Below are positions 1 through 8,851 of a stretch of DNA of 64,000 bases, in pieces. Source of the DNA: an uncultured delta proteobacterium (lineage in GTDB: Bacteria > Desulfobacterota > RBG-13-43-22); contig CAWBOS010000010.1 of NCBI GenBank assembly GCA_963790475.1, positions 832,001 through 896,000 of the forward strand, given 5' to 3'. The stretch's first letter is position 1; every line of letters begins with the position of its first letter. The notes beneath the pieces were generated by a model. That model ran no database searches. It saw only the letters and a program-made list of their open reading frames with translations, and had not been told where the DNA came from. The position numbers and the translations under genes were made by a program.

Positions 1-423
1 AACGGTAACCCCTCCGCCGGAGCGGTTAAAAAACAGTTCATCTTTGATGATCTCGGCCATCACCTGATCAACGGTCATGGTTTCACCCACCGCGGTCAAG
101 GATTTAGAGGGGCAGACTTCGACACAATCCAGGCAGCGGTTGCATCGGCTGCGGATAATCTTACGCCCTTTTTGAGGATGGAAGGTGATGGCCTTTTGCG
201 AACAGGCCTCAAGGCATTTCAGACAGGCGATGCAAAGATCATCGTGGGTCATCAATTCCGGGTAGCTCTTGCCGGATTCGGGGTTGTGACACCAGAGACA
301 TTGGAGGGGACAGCCCTTGGTGAAGACCGTGGTCCTTATTCCCGGGCCGTCATTGGTACTAAATCCTTGAATTAAAAAAATCGATCCCCGGTTATCTACT
401 GTCGCCTGATGAAACTTGTTCAT
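1..423 (-). CDS. Glycyl-radical enzyme activating enzyme (radical SAM), runs off the left edge of the window
   Basis: Manual translation from ATG at 423: MNKFHQATVDNRGSIFLIQGFSTNDGPGIRTTVFTKGCPLQCLWCHNPES. Has the CxxxCxxC motif, a ferredoxin-like insert (CIACLKCLEAC / CNRCLDCVEVC) and SGGGVTV. Absent from the ORF track because it has no stop in the window. Confidence 0.92.
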   Translation of the reverse strand, partial: MNKFHQATVDNRGSIFLIQGFSTNDGPGIRTTVFTKGCPLQCLWCHNPESGKSYPELMTHDDLCIACLKCLEACSQKAITFHPQKGRKIIRSRCNRCLDCVEVCPSKSLTAVGETMTVDQVMAEIIKDELFFNRSGGGVTV

Positions 424-511
424 TGTCTATTTTTTTGATCCGAAGGGGGCGAAAATAATTTTAGAAGGGTAAACATGATGGTTATGTAAAAGTCGCTGAA
501 ACCCAAATTAA

Positions 512-589
512 GTCATTCCGGCGAAAGCCGGAATCCAGTGTTTCTGAGTAATTTTTAATTTACTGGACCCCGGCTTTCGCCGGGGTGAC
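512..589. repeat. REP-like double-hairpin palindromic repeat, copy 1
   Basis: GTCATTCCGGCGAAAGCCGGAATCCAG...CTGGACCCCGGCTTTCGCCGGGGTGAC; related copies at 31644, 36005 and 39482. Confidence 0.85.
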
Positions 590-625
590 GACTTTTACAG
601 AGTCATCAAATATTATCCGTTTGTG

Positions 626-1426
626 TTACAGGCCCTTAAACTGGGCAGGTCTCTTTTCCAGAAAGGCGCGGACGCCTTCGCGATGATCTTCGGACCCGCG
701 GCAGACCCCCTGGGCGAAACTTTCAAAGTCCAGTTGGGTCTGGAGGTCGTTGTGGCGAAGTCCTTTATAGACGGCCTTTTTCATAAGCTTGATCGGCAAG
801 GCGGGGCCATTGGCCAGTTTCAAGGCCAGTTCCTGGGTAATGGACAACAGGGCCTCCGGAGGGACTACCCTGGTCACCAGGCCGATACGCTCGGCCTCCC
901 GGGCGTCAATCATGATCCCGGTGGTCAGCATTTCAATGGCCTTATCCGGGCCGATAAGCTGGGGAAGTAATAGAGTGGCCCCCAAATCGCCGACCAGACC
1001 GACCCGTACCCAGATGGCCCCAAAACGGGCGGTTTCCGAGGCGATGCGGATATCGCTCAACAGGGCCATTGAAAGTCCCGCTCCGGCGGCTACCCCGTTG
1101 ATAGCGGCAATGATGGGGATTTCCAAATCCCTGATCAGTTTGGCAACGTACCCCGTTCCTTCCAGCAGGTCGGCCTGGGTCTTAGCGGGTCCGCGTCCTT
1201 CGATATTGGCGGCCAGTCGGGCGCCGACATCCGAACCGGAACAGAATCCCCGGCCGGAACCGGTGATCACTAATACTTTTATTTCCTTATCTCCCTGAAT
1301 ATGATCGATGATCTTTCGAAAATCGTTCCACATCTCGGTAGACATGGCGTTCAACTTTTCCGGATTTTCCAAAGTCAATGTGCCAATGCCGTCCTTTTGA
1401 TTTAGGGACATTTTATCGAATTTCAT
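626..1426 (-). CDS. Enoyl-CoA hydratase/isomerase (crotonase) family, PaaG-like
   Basis: FCSGSD, PIIAAINGVAAGAG, SEDHREGVRAFLEKRP motifs; both hydratase Glu positions appear replaced, with Asp in GLVGD. Confidence 0.9.
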   Translation of the reverse strand: MKFDKMSLNQKDGIGTLTLENPEKLNAMSTEMWNDFRKIIDHIQGDKEIKVLVITGSGRGFCSGSDVGARLAANIEGRGPAKTQADLLEGTGYVAKLIRDLEIPIIAAINGVAAGAGLSMALLSDIRIASETARFGAIWVRVGLVGDLGATLLLPQLIGPDKAIEMLTTGIMIDAREAERIGLVTRVVPPEALLSITQELALKLANGPALPIKLMKKAVYKGLRHNDLQTQLDFESFAQGVCRGSEDHREGVRAFLEKRPAQFKGL

Positions 1427-1445
1427 TAGTTCTCCCGGAGGTTTT

Positions 1446-1533
1446 AGGCAAGAGGCACGAGGCGAGAGGCAAGAGCTAAGAAATTTTCTTGGTTATTATC
1501 TGCCTGTCGCCTCATGCCTCTCGCCTCTCGCCT
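1446..1533. repeat. Inverted tandem heptamer repeats
   Basis: AGGCAAG/AGGCACG/AGGCGAG units at 1446-1475, mirrored by CTCGCCT-type units at 1501-1533. Confidence 0.7.
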
Positions 1534-1539
1534 ATTTTT

Positions 1540-4023
1540 TTATAGACTCAACTCCGTTCTCTCAATGATCTGATCCTGCACCCCCTTGGTCATGTCCACA
1601 AAATAAGCGGCCAGACCGGCGGTCCTGACCACCAGATCGGAGTATTGATCCGGATGCATTTGGGCATCGATCAAGGTCTCCCGGTCGATGACATTGAATT
1701 GGGTGTGGTGAATGCCGAGGTCGACAAAGGTTTTCAGCAAAGCGATAAAATTGGCCCCGTTGTTCTTCTTTAATTCCTGCGGGGTGAATTTTTGGTTGAA
1801 CAGATGGGTAAAGGTGCCGGCGTGATCCAATTTGCTGATGGATTTCATGGTCGCCAGAGGTCCTTTTTTGTCCGTGCCGATAACCGGGGAAACGGTCCCG
1901 TCATTGAAAAGATCGAGGTCCTTCCGGCCGTCCGGTGTGGCCCCGGTCATTCCGCTGTAATCATAATAGGAAGAGGCCCCGGTTCCGTCTTCGTTGAAAG
2001 GCCAGCCCCAGATATTTTTAAAACTTTTAAAAGCCTGGTTGGTCTTCTTGTAGAATTCACGGCCGATGAGGTCCACATAATCATCGTCGTTGCCCCATTT
2101 GGGGGCGTCATTGATAAATTGCTGACGCAAATCCTCCCGCCCCTCCCAATTATTTTTCAAGGCCTCGAGGAGTTCGGCCATGGGGACCTTCTTTTCATCA
2201 AAGACCATCTTTTTCAGGGCCGCCAGGGAATTGATGATGGTCACCTGTCCCACCGGCTGGATGATCGTATTGTGATAATACTTGAACTCGCGGCAGTCTT
2301 TGCCGGCTTCCATACAGCCGTCCACCACCGCGGAAAGAAAAGGCTGAGGCAGCCATTCTTCTTCCAGAACGTCCACAACGTTATAAATGGTCACCAGCTT
2401 ATGTAAGAAAAATTTGAGCTGTTCCAGATAGGCCTCCATGGCATCACCGACCGAGGTCCAGGTCACAGGATCGCTGGTCTTGGCCCCGACTTGTTTGCCG
2501 CTGAATTTATCTACGCCTTGATAGAGGGCGTATTCCAGACACTTGGGCAGGACAAAGGTGCCTCCCAAGGCCCTCTGGCACATGGCCTTGCCGGGAACGA
2601 TCCAGCGCATACAGCCGTCGGTCCCGTAATCCCGGGCGTCTTCCAGGGGGAGACCGAGGTTCATCAGAAAGGGGATCATCATATTGTCGTTAAAAAAGGA
2701 ATAGACCCCGGGCTGCTTGAGTAAAGAGGAGACGATCTTTTGATAGAGTCTCTGAGGTGTTTGAGGATGGAGCCTGACGGCCAGGGCCGGCTGATTGAAT
2801 CCTACCTCATCCTTGGCGTCCATGATGATGTAGGTCATTTCATTGGTGGCGTCAAAACCATCGGGGTCCACGCCTCCGATGGTCACCACGCGGGTGATCA
2901 AAGGTCCGGCCGAGGGGTGAGAGGGTGGAATCAAGGCCCCTTCTTCATTGAATTTAAGCAGCAGGTGTTCGACCAGTTCCTGGGCCTGCGCATAGGTCAA
3001 GCGCCCTTCTTCCTTATCTTTTTTATAAAAGGGGTAGAAAATCTGGTCCACCCGGTCCCCGTTGCCGGAGGTTTGGAGGTCAAGGACCCGGACAATCAGG
3101 TTGATAAACCAGTAGAACTGCAGGGCCTCATGCAGGGTCCGGGGCGGGTTTTCCGGTACCCAATCGCAAACTTCGGCCATTTCCTCCAGCTCTGCTTTCC
3201 GCTTGGGATCGGTGGCCTTGGCCGCCTCCTGCCGGGAAAGCTCGGCGAACCTTTTGCCCTGCCGGATCACTGCTTCGGAAGAAATAATCACCGCCTCGTA
3301 AAAGGCTTTTTTCTTGAGAAAGTCTTTGGCTTTCAAATAGAGTTCCGGATCGGCTTTGATTTCCTCCAGCTTTTCTTTGGCATCGGCGATAATCCCTTTT
3401 AATCCGGATTGGAAAATTCTGGAATAATTGGGTGCTCCCACATGGCCGCCATGGCGCCACAGGAAAACGCCCTGGTTGGGATAAAACCAGTAGTAGAGGA
3501 TGTCCTTGGGGAGCAGATTTCGCTCCATGCCATGGACGGATTTTCCTTTCCAATACTTATGGATCTGATGCAGTTCGGTCCGTTTTTCATCGGTCAGTAA
3601 TTGGCTATACTCGGTATCGATGGCCTTGTCCAGCCAACTGCTCCATTTTTCAGGGAAGGTGATCATCGAGCAAGGTTCGCTGGACACGTTTCCGACAATG
3701 CGTTCATTAGGCAGGATATAGAGGGTCCGGTTGTCCAGGAAATGGGCCATGGCCTTGGCCCGGCGGAGGACCATGGGTTCGCCTTCCGAGGCCTTATATC
3801 CTTCGGTGATCAACCGCGCCCGTTCAATACAGAGCTTGACCTCATCCCGGTAGGGGTTGCGGCCTTCTTCCTTAACCCGGGTTACATTTCCTTTGGCGGC
3901 TTCAATCCTTCCCGAACCTCGACTGCTCTTGTTCTGGTAAACGATGCTTTTTCTCATCTCCTTAGTTACCCGCGAAGGGTCCGGAGAAACCTGTACCCCG
4001 ATGGTGCGTTTTGCTAAACTCAT
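1540..4023 (-). CDS. Glycyl-radical enzyme (PFL superfamily), function unknown
   Basis: 827 aa; ERARLITE, ATPDGR, Cys loop DGCMR, C-terminal Gly loop LVVRTAGLAAYF; activase in the same cluster. Confidence 0.93.
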   Translation of the reverse strand: MSLAKRTIGVQVSPDPSRVTKEMRKSIVYQNKSSRGSGRIEAAKGNVTRVKEEGRNPYRDEVKLCIERARLITEGYKASEGEPMVLRRAKAMAHFLDNRTLYILPNERIVGNVSSEPCSMITFPEKWSSWLDKAIDTEYSQLLTDEKRTELHQIHKYWKGKSVHGMERNLLPKDILYYWFYPNQGVFLWRHGGHVGAPNYSRIFQSGLKGIIADAKEKLEEIKADPELYLKAKDFLKKKAFYEAVIISSEAVIRQGKRFAELSRQEAAKATDPKRKAELEEMAEVCDWVPENPPRTLHEALQFYWFINLIVRVLDLQTSGNGDRVDQIFYPFYKKDKEEGRLTYAQAQELVEHLLLKFNEEGALIPPSHPSAGPLITRVVTIGGVDPDGFDATNEMTYIIMDAKDEVGFNQPALAVRLHPQTPQRLYQKIVSSLLKQPGVYSFFNDNMMIPFLMNLGLPLEDARDYGTDGCMRWIVPGKAMCQRALGGTFVLPKCLEYALYQGVDKFSGKQVGAKTSDPVTWTSVGDAMEAYLEQLKFFLHKLVTIYNVVDVLEEEWLPQPFLSAVVDGCMEAGKDCREFKYYHNTIIQPVGQVTIINSLAALKKMVFDEKKVPMAELLEALKNNWEGREDLRQQFINDAPKWGNDDDYVDLIGREFYKKTNQAFKSFKNIWGWPFNEDGTGASSYYDYSGMTGATPDGRKDLDLFNDGTVSPVIGTDKKGPLATMKSISKLDHAGTFTHLFNQKFTPQELKKNNGANFIALLKTFVDLGIHHTQFNVIDRETLIDAQMHPDQYSDLVVRTAGLAAYFVDMTKGVQDQIIERTELSL

Positions 4024-4186
4024 GGCATTCCTCCCCTGGAATTTTAAGGGTTTATTTTATTGAATAATGATAACTTTATCGTGATCTTTAACATAAAGAT
4101 TTTCATTCGGTTTTATAAAAATGTCAACAACTTTTTGTGTGCCTTCAACACCGCCCAATTTGAATCCGAAAAATATGATTTTGTCG

Positions 4187-4215
4187 TTGACACCTGTTAC
4201 GCCATAGGTTACAAT
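4187..4215 (+). promoter_or_regulatory. Sigma70 promoter of higBA with an overlapping imperfect palindrome (likely autorepression operator)
   Basis: TTGACA-N17-TACAAT; TGTTAC-N7-GTTACA overlaps the spacer and -10. Confidence 0.7.
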
Positions 4216-4222
4216 TGTTTCT

Positions 4223-4501
4223 GTGATCAAATCATTTAAGCATAAAGGTTTAAAAAGGTTATTTGAAAAGGAACACCCTTATGGAGTTAATCCACAACCT
4301 ATAGAGCGCCTTCGTTATATTCTCGCACTTCTTGAGACGTCGGAGACAGATGAGGATATGGATCTGCCTGGGTTAAATTTACATCATTTAAAAGGAAAAA
4401 GGAAAAATACTTTAGCGGTGAAGATTAGTGGAAATTGGCGAGTTACCTTTACATTGAAAAATGGAGATGTTTTAGAGGTAAATTATGAAGATTATCATTA
4501 A
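4223..4501 (+). CDS. higB: HigB (RelE-like, killer) toxin
   Basis: [14 protein letters not shown]...LHHLKG...ISGNWRVTF...YEDYH; toxin-first order. Confidence 0.92.
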   Translation: MIKSFKHKGLKRLFEKEHPYGVNPQPIERLRYILALLETSETDEDMDLPGLNLHHLKGKRKNTLAVKISGNWRVTFTLKNGDVLEVNYEDYH

Positions 4502-4512
4502 AGGAGTTTGTT

Positions 4513-4797
4513 ATGAGTATGCATAATCCGCCTCATCCGGGTGAGATAATTAATGAGTTTTGTGTTAAACCCCTCGGCCTGACCGTTACCAAGGCAGCGA
4601 AATCTTTAGGAATCACCAGGAAAACTTTTTCAATGCTTTTGAACGGAAAGTCGGGGATTAGTCCTGAAATGGCTCTGAGGCTTTCAAAGGTTTTCGGCCG
4701 TACGCCCGAGGGATGGCTAAAACTCCAACTTCAATATGATTTATGGAAAGCAAAAAAGAATGTAGATATTGACCGTCTGGAACGAATAGCAGCCTGA
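4513..4797 (+). CDS. higA: HigA antitoxin (XRE HTH)
   Basis: [10 protein letters not shown]...[10 protein letters not shown]...[11 protein letters not shown]. Confidence 0.93.
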   Translation: MSMHNPPHPGEIINEFCVKPLGLTVTKAAKSLGITRKTFSMLLNGKSGISPEMALRLSKVFGRTPEGWLKLQLQYDLWKAKKNVDIDRLERIAA

Positions 4798-4959
4798 TTA
4801 ACTTGAATTCAGGGGGATGCATGTGAACCTTCACCCAAAGATAGCAGTGGTTTTTCAAGCCTTTCAACCAGAGCGAATCCAAAACGGGAAGACAGCAGAA
4901 TTCAAGGTCAAGAATAGGGGGAAGAGACTCTTGTAGCTATTATTGACTTTCCTGTTTGT

Positions 4960-5160
4960 TCAAACAACTCCATGGGACAGTCTTTTGGCCACTTCCCGGG
5001 AAATTTGTTTTTCATCCCAATCAGGATGGGTACTTTTTAGATGGGCCGTCAACATTTTCCGGGCCGATGTCCACAGGCTGAATCCAATTTGAATCCTTAA
5101 GGCCGGGGTCTTTTTTCACAGGATTTCGGCCATGACATCATCTATCACTTCAGTCTTTCT
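4960..5160 (-). pseudogene. Remnant of a small antitoxin-like gene with an in-frame stop
   Basis: Reads EVIDDVMAEIL*KKTPALRIQIGFSLWTSARKMLTAHLKSTHPDWDEKQISREVAKRLSHGVV*; overlaps an MELFEQ start whose gene appears lost. Confidence 0.55.
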
Positions 5161-5258
5161 TGGCCCCAATTTTTGTTTTATTTTTTGTAATTTTTTCAGG
5201 GACTTATTTCTTATATGGAAGTATATACTTGGTGTAAAGTTTAATCGAGAGAAATCAT

Positions 5259-5287
5259 TTGTCAAGATAATCCCTATCATTTATAAT
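5259..5287 (+). promoter_or_regulatory. Conserved 28/29-bp site, copy 1 (dif-like 11-6-11 / promoter / Fur-like)
   Basis: T-TGTCAAGATAA TCCCTA TCATTTATAAT; near-identical sites at 42976 and 47614. Confidence 0.75.
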
Positions 5288-5438
5288 AGGTTACAAAGAA
5301 TCTGAGGAGTTTACCAAACCTTTTGACATCTAAAACAGATAAATGAAAAAGTTTGCTTTCCCTAATTGAAGTGTTCGAATTGTAGGATTATACAGAAAAA
5401 AGTTAGAATTTTTTATTATACCTATATCAAGAGGTAAA

Positions 5439-5600
5439 ATGGAAAATAAGACTAAGCAGAAGACCCCACAATTTAATGATGCTCGCAGTAAAAAAGTAAT
5501 GATTGTAGCTCATTGCATTTTGAATCAAAACGCCCGGATATCTGATCTTAACCCTGATCGGGGTCTTGCTATAGTAAATGACTTGATTGCAGCTGATTAA
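5439..5600 (+). pseudogene. N-terminal fragment of a DUF523/TudS-related protein
   Basis: GAGG RBS then MENKTKQKTPQFNDARSKKVMIVAHCILNQNAR; homology appears to end after about 35 codons. Confidence 0.5.
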
Positions 5601-5665
5601 TAATGTTTCATCAGACTTGCAGAATGGGGTGACGTTGTAAGGTTTTTAACTTTCGCAACAGGATC

Positions 5666-5899
5666 ATGAGATATCCTGTAGCCTCGAACGTAGTAACCTT
5701 AAAACTTAACAGCGTCCACGGTTACACACTTGCGGCCCGGCTAATCCGGATAGTTGATGTATACGGGGCTTTGACGAGCAGTCGTCCTTACAGGCATGCA
5801 TTCATGCAGGCGAGGGTTCTTGAGATTATCCGTGACGAACGTCAGCACTTCGATCCGCAACTCCTTGACCCCTTCACCCAGATCATTTCTGCGGAGTAG
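5666..5899 (+). pseudogene. C-terminal fragment of an HD-GYP phosphodiesterase domain
   Basis: LAARLIRIVDVYGALTSSRPYR...HFDP; the HD and GYP motifs are absent. Confidence 0.7.
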
Positions 5900-6148
5900 T
5901 AGCGGAGTCGATGGACGAAAAAACACTGCGGGTCCAAGCTGCCGAAGCAAGAATAAAAGAGACGGTTCTCTTTAAGACGAAAGAATAAATAATCAGAACC
6001 GTCCTCTTTTATTTAGGGGACACTTTCCTATTTAATTTTCTTAAGTTGAAAAAATGAGTATGATGTCACCAGATTGTTGTTATGAAGAAAGTTGCGATGA
6101 GACTTTGAATCATGACTAAAGTTGTAATAAAAGTTTATAGAGGATGCA

Positions 6149-7696
6149 ATGGCACAAAAACAAGTTGGGGCACGGACGGAGGGCGATGTTTACCAAGGAT
6201 TATTCTTCTGGCGAAATGCCGCATCCCTGCTGATACCAGAATCACTTGTTATTAGAGTTGACATAGAGCATGACAAAGCTGATGGGGTTGATGATGTTGC
6301 AGTCTTCTATGATAGGCCGGGTATAAATGCTGGTGGGTGGCAATGCATGGCTGACTACTATCAACTAAAGTACCATGTTGACAAAAGGGATTCCTATAGT
6401 TCGGTTTCAATTATTGATCCTTCATTTATTAACGCAAAATCCTCATTACTACAGAGATTTCATAAAGCATACAGTAAGTTAAGTATTCTAGCAAATTCTT
6501 TCAGATTAAACTTGGTATCAAATTGGAGATGGCAAGACGATGATTACTTAGCTAAAATGCTCAGAGAATATGATGGTGCCTTACCCCAATCATTTTTTTC
6601 AAAGGAGCTAAAAAGTAAGTTGGGTGAAGTTCGAGAACAATGGCGCGAGCATCTTGAAATGGAGTCAAGCGATTTTGAAGTCTTTGCTAAAACATTGCGG
6701 TTCCAACTTGATCTTTTTGGCCGCCAATACTTCAAAGAATGGGTTAATGACCGATTAGCTCGTGTTGGTTTACGCACCCCATCTGCGGATCATGCTGCTA
6801 GTCCATATGAAAGTCTGGTTCAAAAGTTCTTAATGGATGGTCCAAATTCTTTCGATAGAGAAACCTTCAGCAAAATGTGCCATCGCGAAGGGCTTTTTGA
6901 TCCTAATGTTGTTACTACCCAAAATGATCATGATCCAGTAATCGGCATCAGGAGTTTCATTAGATTTGCAGAAAATATTGAAAACGAAGTAGATAGTTTC
7001 ATTTGTGTAAGTGATCTTTTCGAGGGACGACATCCAATTGATGATGAATCATGGAGAGTTGCTGCTTCAAGGATATTGTTGTTTCTATCTGACACTGCAT
7101 CGAAAAAAGCCTTACGATCAGAGGAGCATCGGCTATTACTCGAATGCCACGGATCACTAGCCCTTTTGGCTGGATACGAATTGAGCAGAAACTCAGGCAG
7201 TCGTGTATACCCCGTTCAAAAACCTAGAATGGAACTATGGAAACCAAGCTCCCAAATATCATTTACAACCCCATCAATACGTATTACTGAAAAAAGCTAT
7301 AAAGATGGTGGTGCTATCGCAATTTCACTTTCGCTTACACACGATATTATGAGGGACGTGGAAAACTATTTTCTTGAAGCCAAGATAAATATTGGCAAGC
7401 TTATTAACATTCAACCAATAGACGGTTCTAGCAGCGGGAGCATCAAAGGTGCCGATCAAGCTGTGCACATAGCAAACGATGTGGTAAGACTATTGCGAGA
7501 ATCAAGGTCCAAGGCATCAGATGTAATTCACGTATTCAGCAGTACTCCAAATTCTTTCATGTTTTTCCTTGGTCAGTATCGGCAGGCACTTGGACGTTTA
7601 CAGCTTTATGAATACGATTTCGGGTTTGAAAGAAACTGCTCCTATTCGCCAAGCATCCTGATACCCGACGATGTCAACCCAAACCATGGAGGGTAA
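6149..7696 (+). CDS. cap4: CBASS effector: Cap4-like endonuclease + SAVED domain
   Basis: N-terminal G..YQ, DDVAV and YQLK (restriction-like D...QxK); C-terminal SAVED signature IHVFSSTPNSFMFFLGQ...LYEY..Y.PS; directly upstream of a CD-NTase. Confidence 0.85.
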   Translation: MAQKQVGARTEGDVYQGLFFWRNAASLLIPESLVIRVDIEHDKADGVDDVAVFYDRPGINAGGWQCMADYYQLKYHVDKRDSYSSVSIIDPSFINAKSSLLQRFHKAYSKLSILANSFRLNLVSNWRWQDDDYLAKMLREYDGALPQSFFSKELKSKLGEVREQWREHLEMESSDFEVFAKTLRFQLDLFGRQYFKEWVNDRLARVGLRTPSADHAASPYESLVQKFLMDGPNSFDRETFSKMCHREGLFDPNVVTTQNDHDPVIGIRSFIRFAENIENEVDSFICVSDLFEGRHPIDDESWRVAASRILLFLSDTASKKALRSEEHRLLLECHGSLALLAGYELSRNSGSRVYPVQKPRMELWKPSSQISFTTPSIRITEKSYKDGGAIAISLSLTHDIMRDVENYFLEAKINIGKLINIQPIDGSSSGSIKGADQAVHIANDVVRLLRESRSKASDVIHVFSSTPNSFMFFLGQYRQALGRLQLYEYDFGFERNCSYSPSILIPDDVNPNHGG

Positions 7697-7699
7697 TAT

Positions 7700-8851
7700 A
7701 TGGAACTTCAAGCTGATTTCACGACTTTCCTCAGCGCGATTAGGCCAACTGAAAATCAGAGATCTGAATTACAAACAGGTCACACCACATTGAGATCAAG
7801 ACTAAAAAGTTATCAAGACCTTTCAAAGATTTTCGTAAGTGATTTTCTACAGGGAAGCTACCGCAGAGTAACCGCCATTCGGCCGAAAGGTGATAAGCGG
7901 TCTGACGTAGACATCATTGTAGTTACGAAATTGCATGAGGACGAATATACACCTGAAGCCGCAATGGACCTCTTTGCTCCTTTTCTTGATGAATACTATA
8001 AAGGCAAGTGGCAAAAACAAGGACGATCACTTGGAATTTCATTGTCATACGTAGATTTGGACCTTGTAATTACATCGGCCCCTTCTGAAGGTGAAATTGG
8101 TGTATTACAATCAGAATCTGTCACTTCAGAAGATGATATTGCCAAAGCTCAAGACTGGCGCTTGCACACCTCCTGGCTTTCATCGAATAGTAGGTTTTTG
8201 ACTGAGAACGCAGCACAACTAATAGAGAAGGCTAAATCGGAAAGTGAATGGAAGCTAACCCCCCTTCGTATTCCAAATCGTGATGCGGGATGTTGGGAAG
8301 ATACACATCCACTTATGCAAATCCAATGGACCAGGGATAAAAATGCATCCACAAACTATCACTTTGTTAATGTAGTCAAAGCGTTAAAATGGTGGAAGCT
8401 TGAAAATTACGATGAGGCCAAGCATCCGAAGGGTTTTACCCTGGAACGGATTATTGGCGACTGCTGTCCGGACGATATATCTTCTGTCTCCGAAGGCATA
8501 GTCCGGACCCTGGAAGGAATAGTGTCAAAATATCAGGTTCTTTCGATGACAAACTCCAAGCCAGTTCTTCCTGATTATGGAGTGCCAGGCCATGATGTTC
8601 TTAGTCGTCTTAGCGTCGAAGATTTTGCCACCTTCTACGATCAGGCCAAGGAAGGCGCCATAATCGCCAGACAGGCTTATGATTCATTGGATCGGACAGA
8701 AAGCGGCAATTTGTGGCGTAAACTGTTGGGCACTAAATTTCCTCCACCACCAGATAATGGGGGAAAAGCAAAGGCTGGCTATACCACGCCGGTCGCTGCC
8801 GCTGCGCCAGGAGGAGGTAGGTTCGCTTCAACAGGAGCGTGTCTTGACTGA
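7700..8851 (+). CDS. CBASS CD-NTase (cGAS/DncV-like, SMODS), CdnD-like
   Basis: FLQGSYRRVTAIRP, SDVDIIVV, LDLV, KALKWW, WRKLLGTKFP, C-terminal GGGRFA followed by a 7-aa tail. Confidence 0.93.
   Translation: MELQADFTTFLSAIRPTENQRSELQTGHTTLRSRLKSYQDLSKIFVSDFLQGSYRRVTAIRPKGDKRSDVDIIVVTKLHEDEYTPEAAMDLFAPFLDEYYKGKWQKQGRSLGISLSYVDLDLVITSAPSEGEIGVLQSESVTSEDDIAKAQDWRLHTSWLSSNSRFLTENAAQLIEKAKSESEWKLTPLRIPNRDAGCWEDTHPLMQIQWTRDKNASTNYHFVNVVKALKWWKLENYDEAKHPKGFTLERIIGDCCPDDISSVSEGIVRTLEGIVSKYQVLSMTNSKPVLPDYGVPGHDVLSRLSVEDFATFYDQAKEGAIIARQAYDSLDRTESGNLWRKLLGTKFPPPPDNGGKAKAGYTTPVAAAAPGGGRFASTGACLD

Noticed and set aside
1540-4023. Pyruvate formate-lyase or benzylsuccinate synthase
   Set aside because: It has a single Cys (no CC), no CMSP motif and no small bss-type subunits.
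5100-5125. Selenocysteine TGA in the antitoxin-like remnant
   Set aside because: Not a redox or Cys position and the neighbouring gene is lost; a nonsense mutation is simpler.
8679-8843. Longer Cap2 start given by the ORF track
   Set aside because: It overlaps the CD-NTase by over 170 bp; a TTG with an AGGAG RBS at 8844 fits better.
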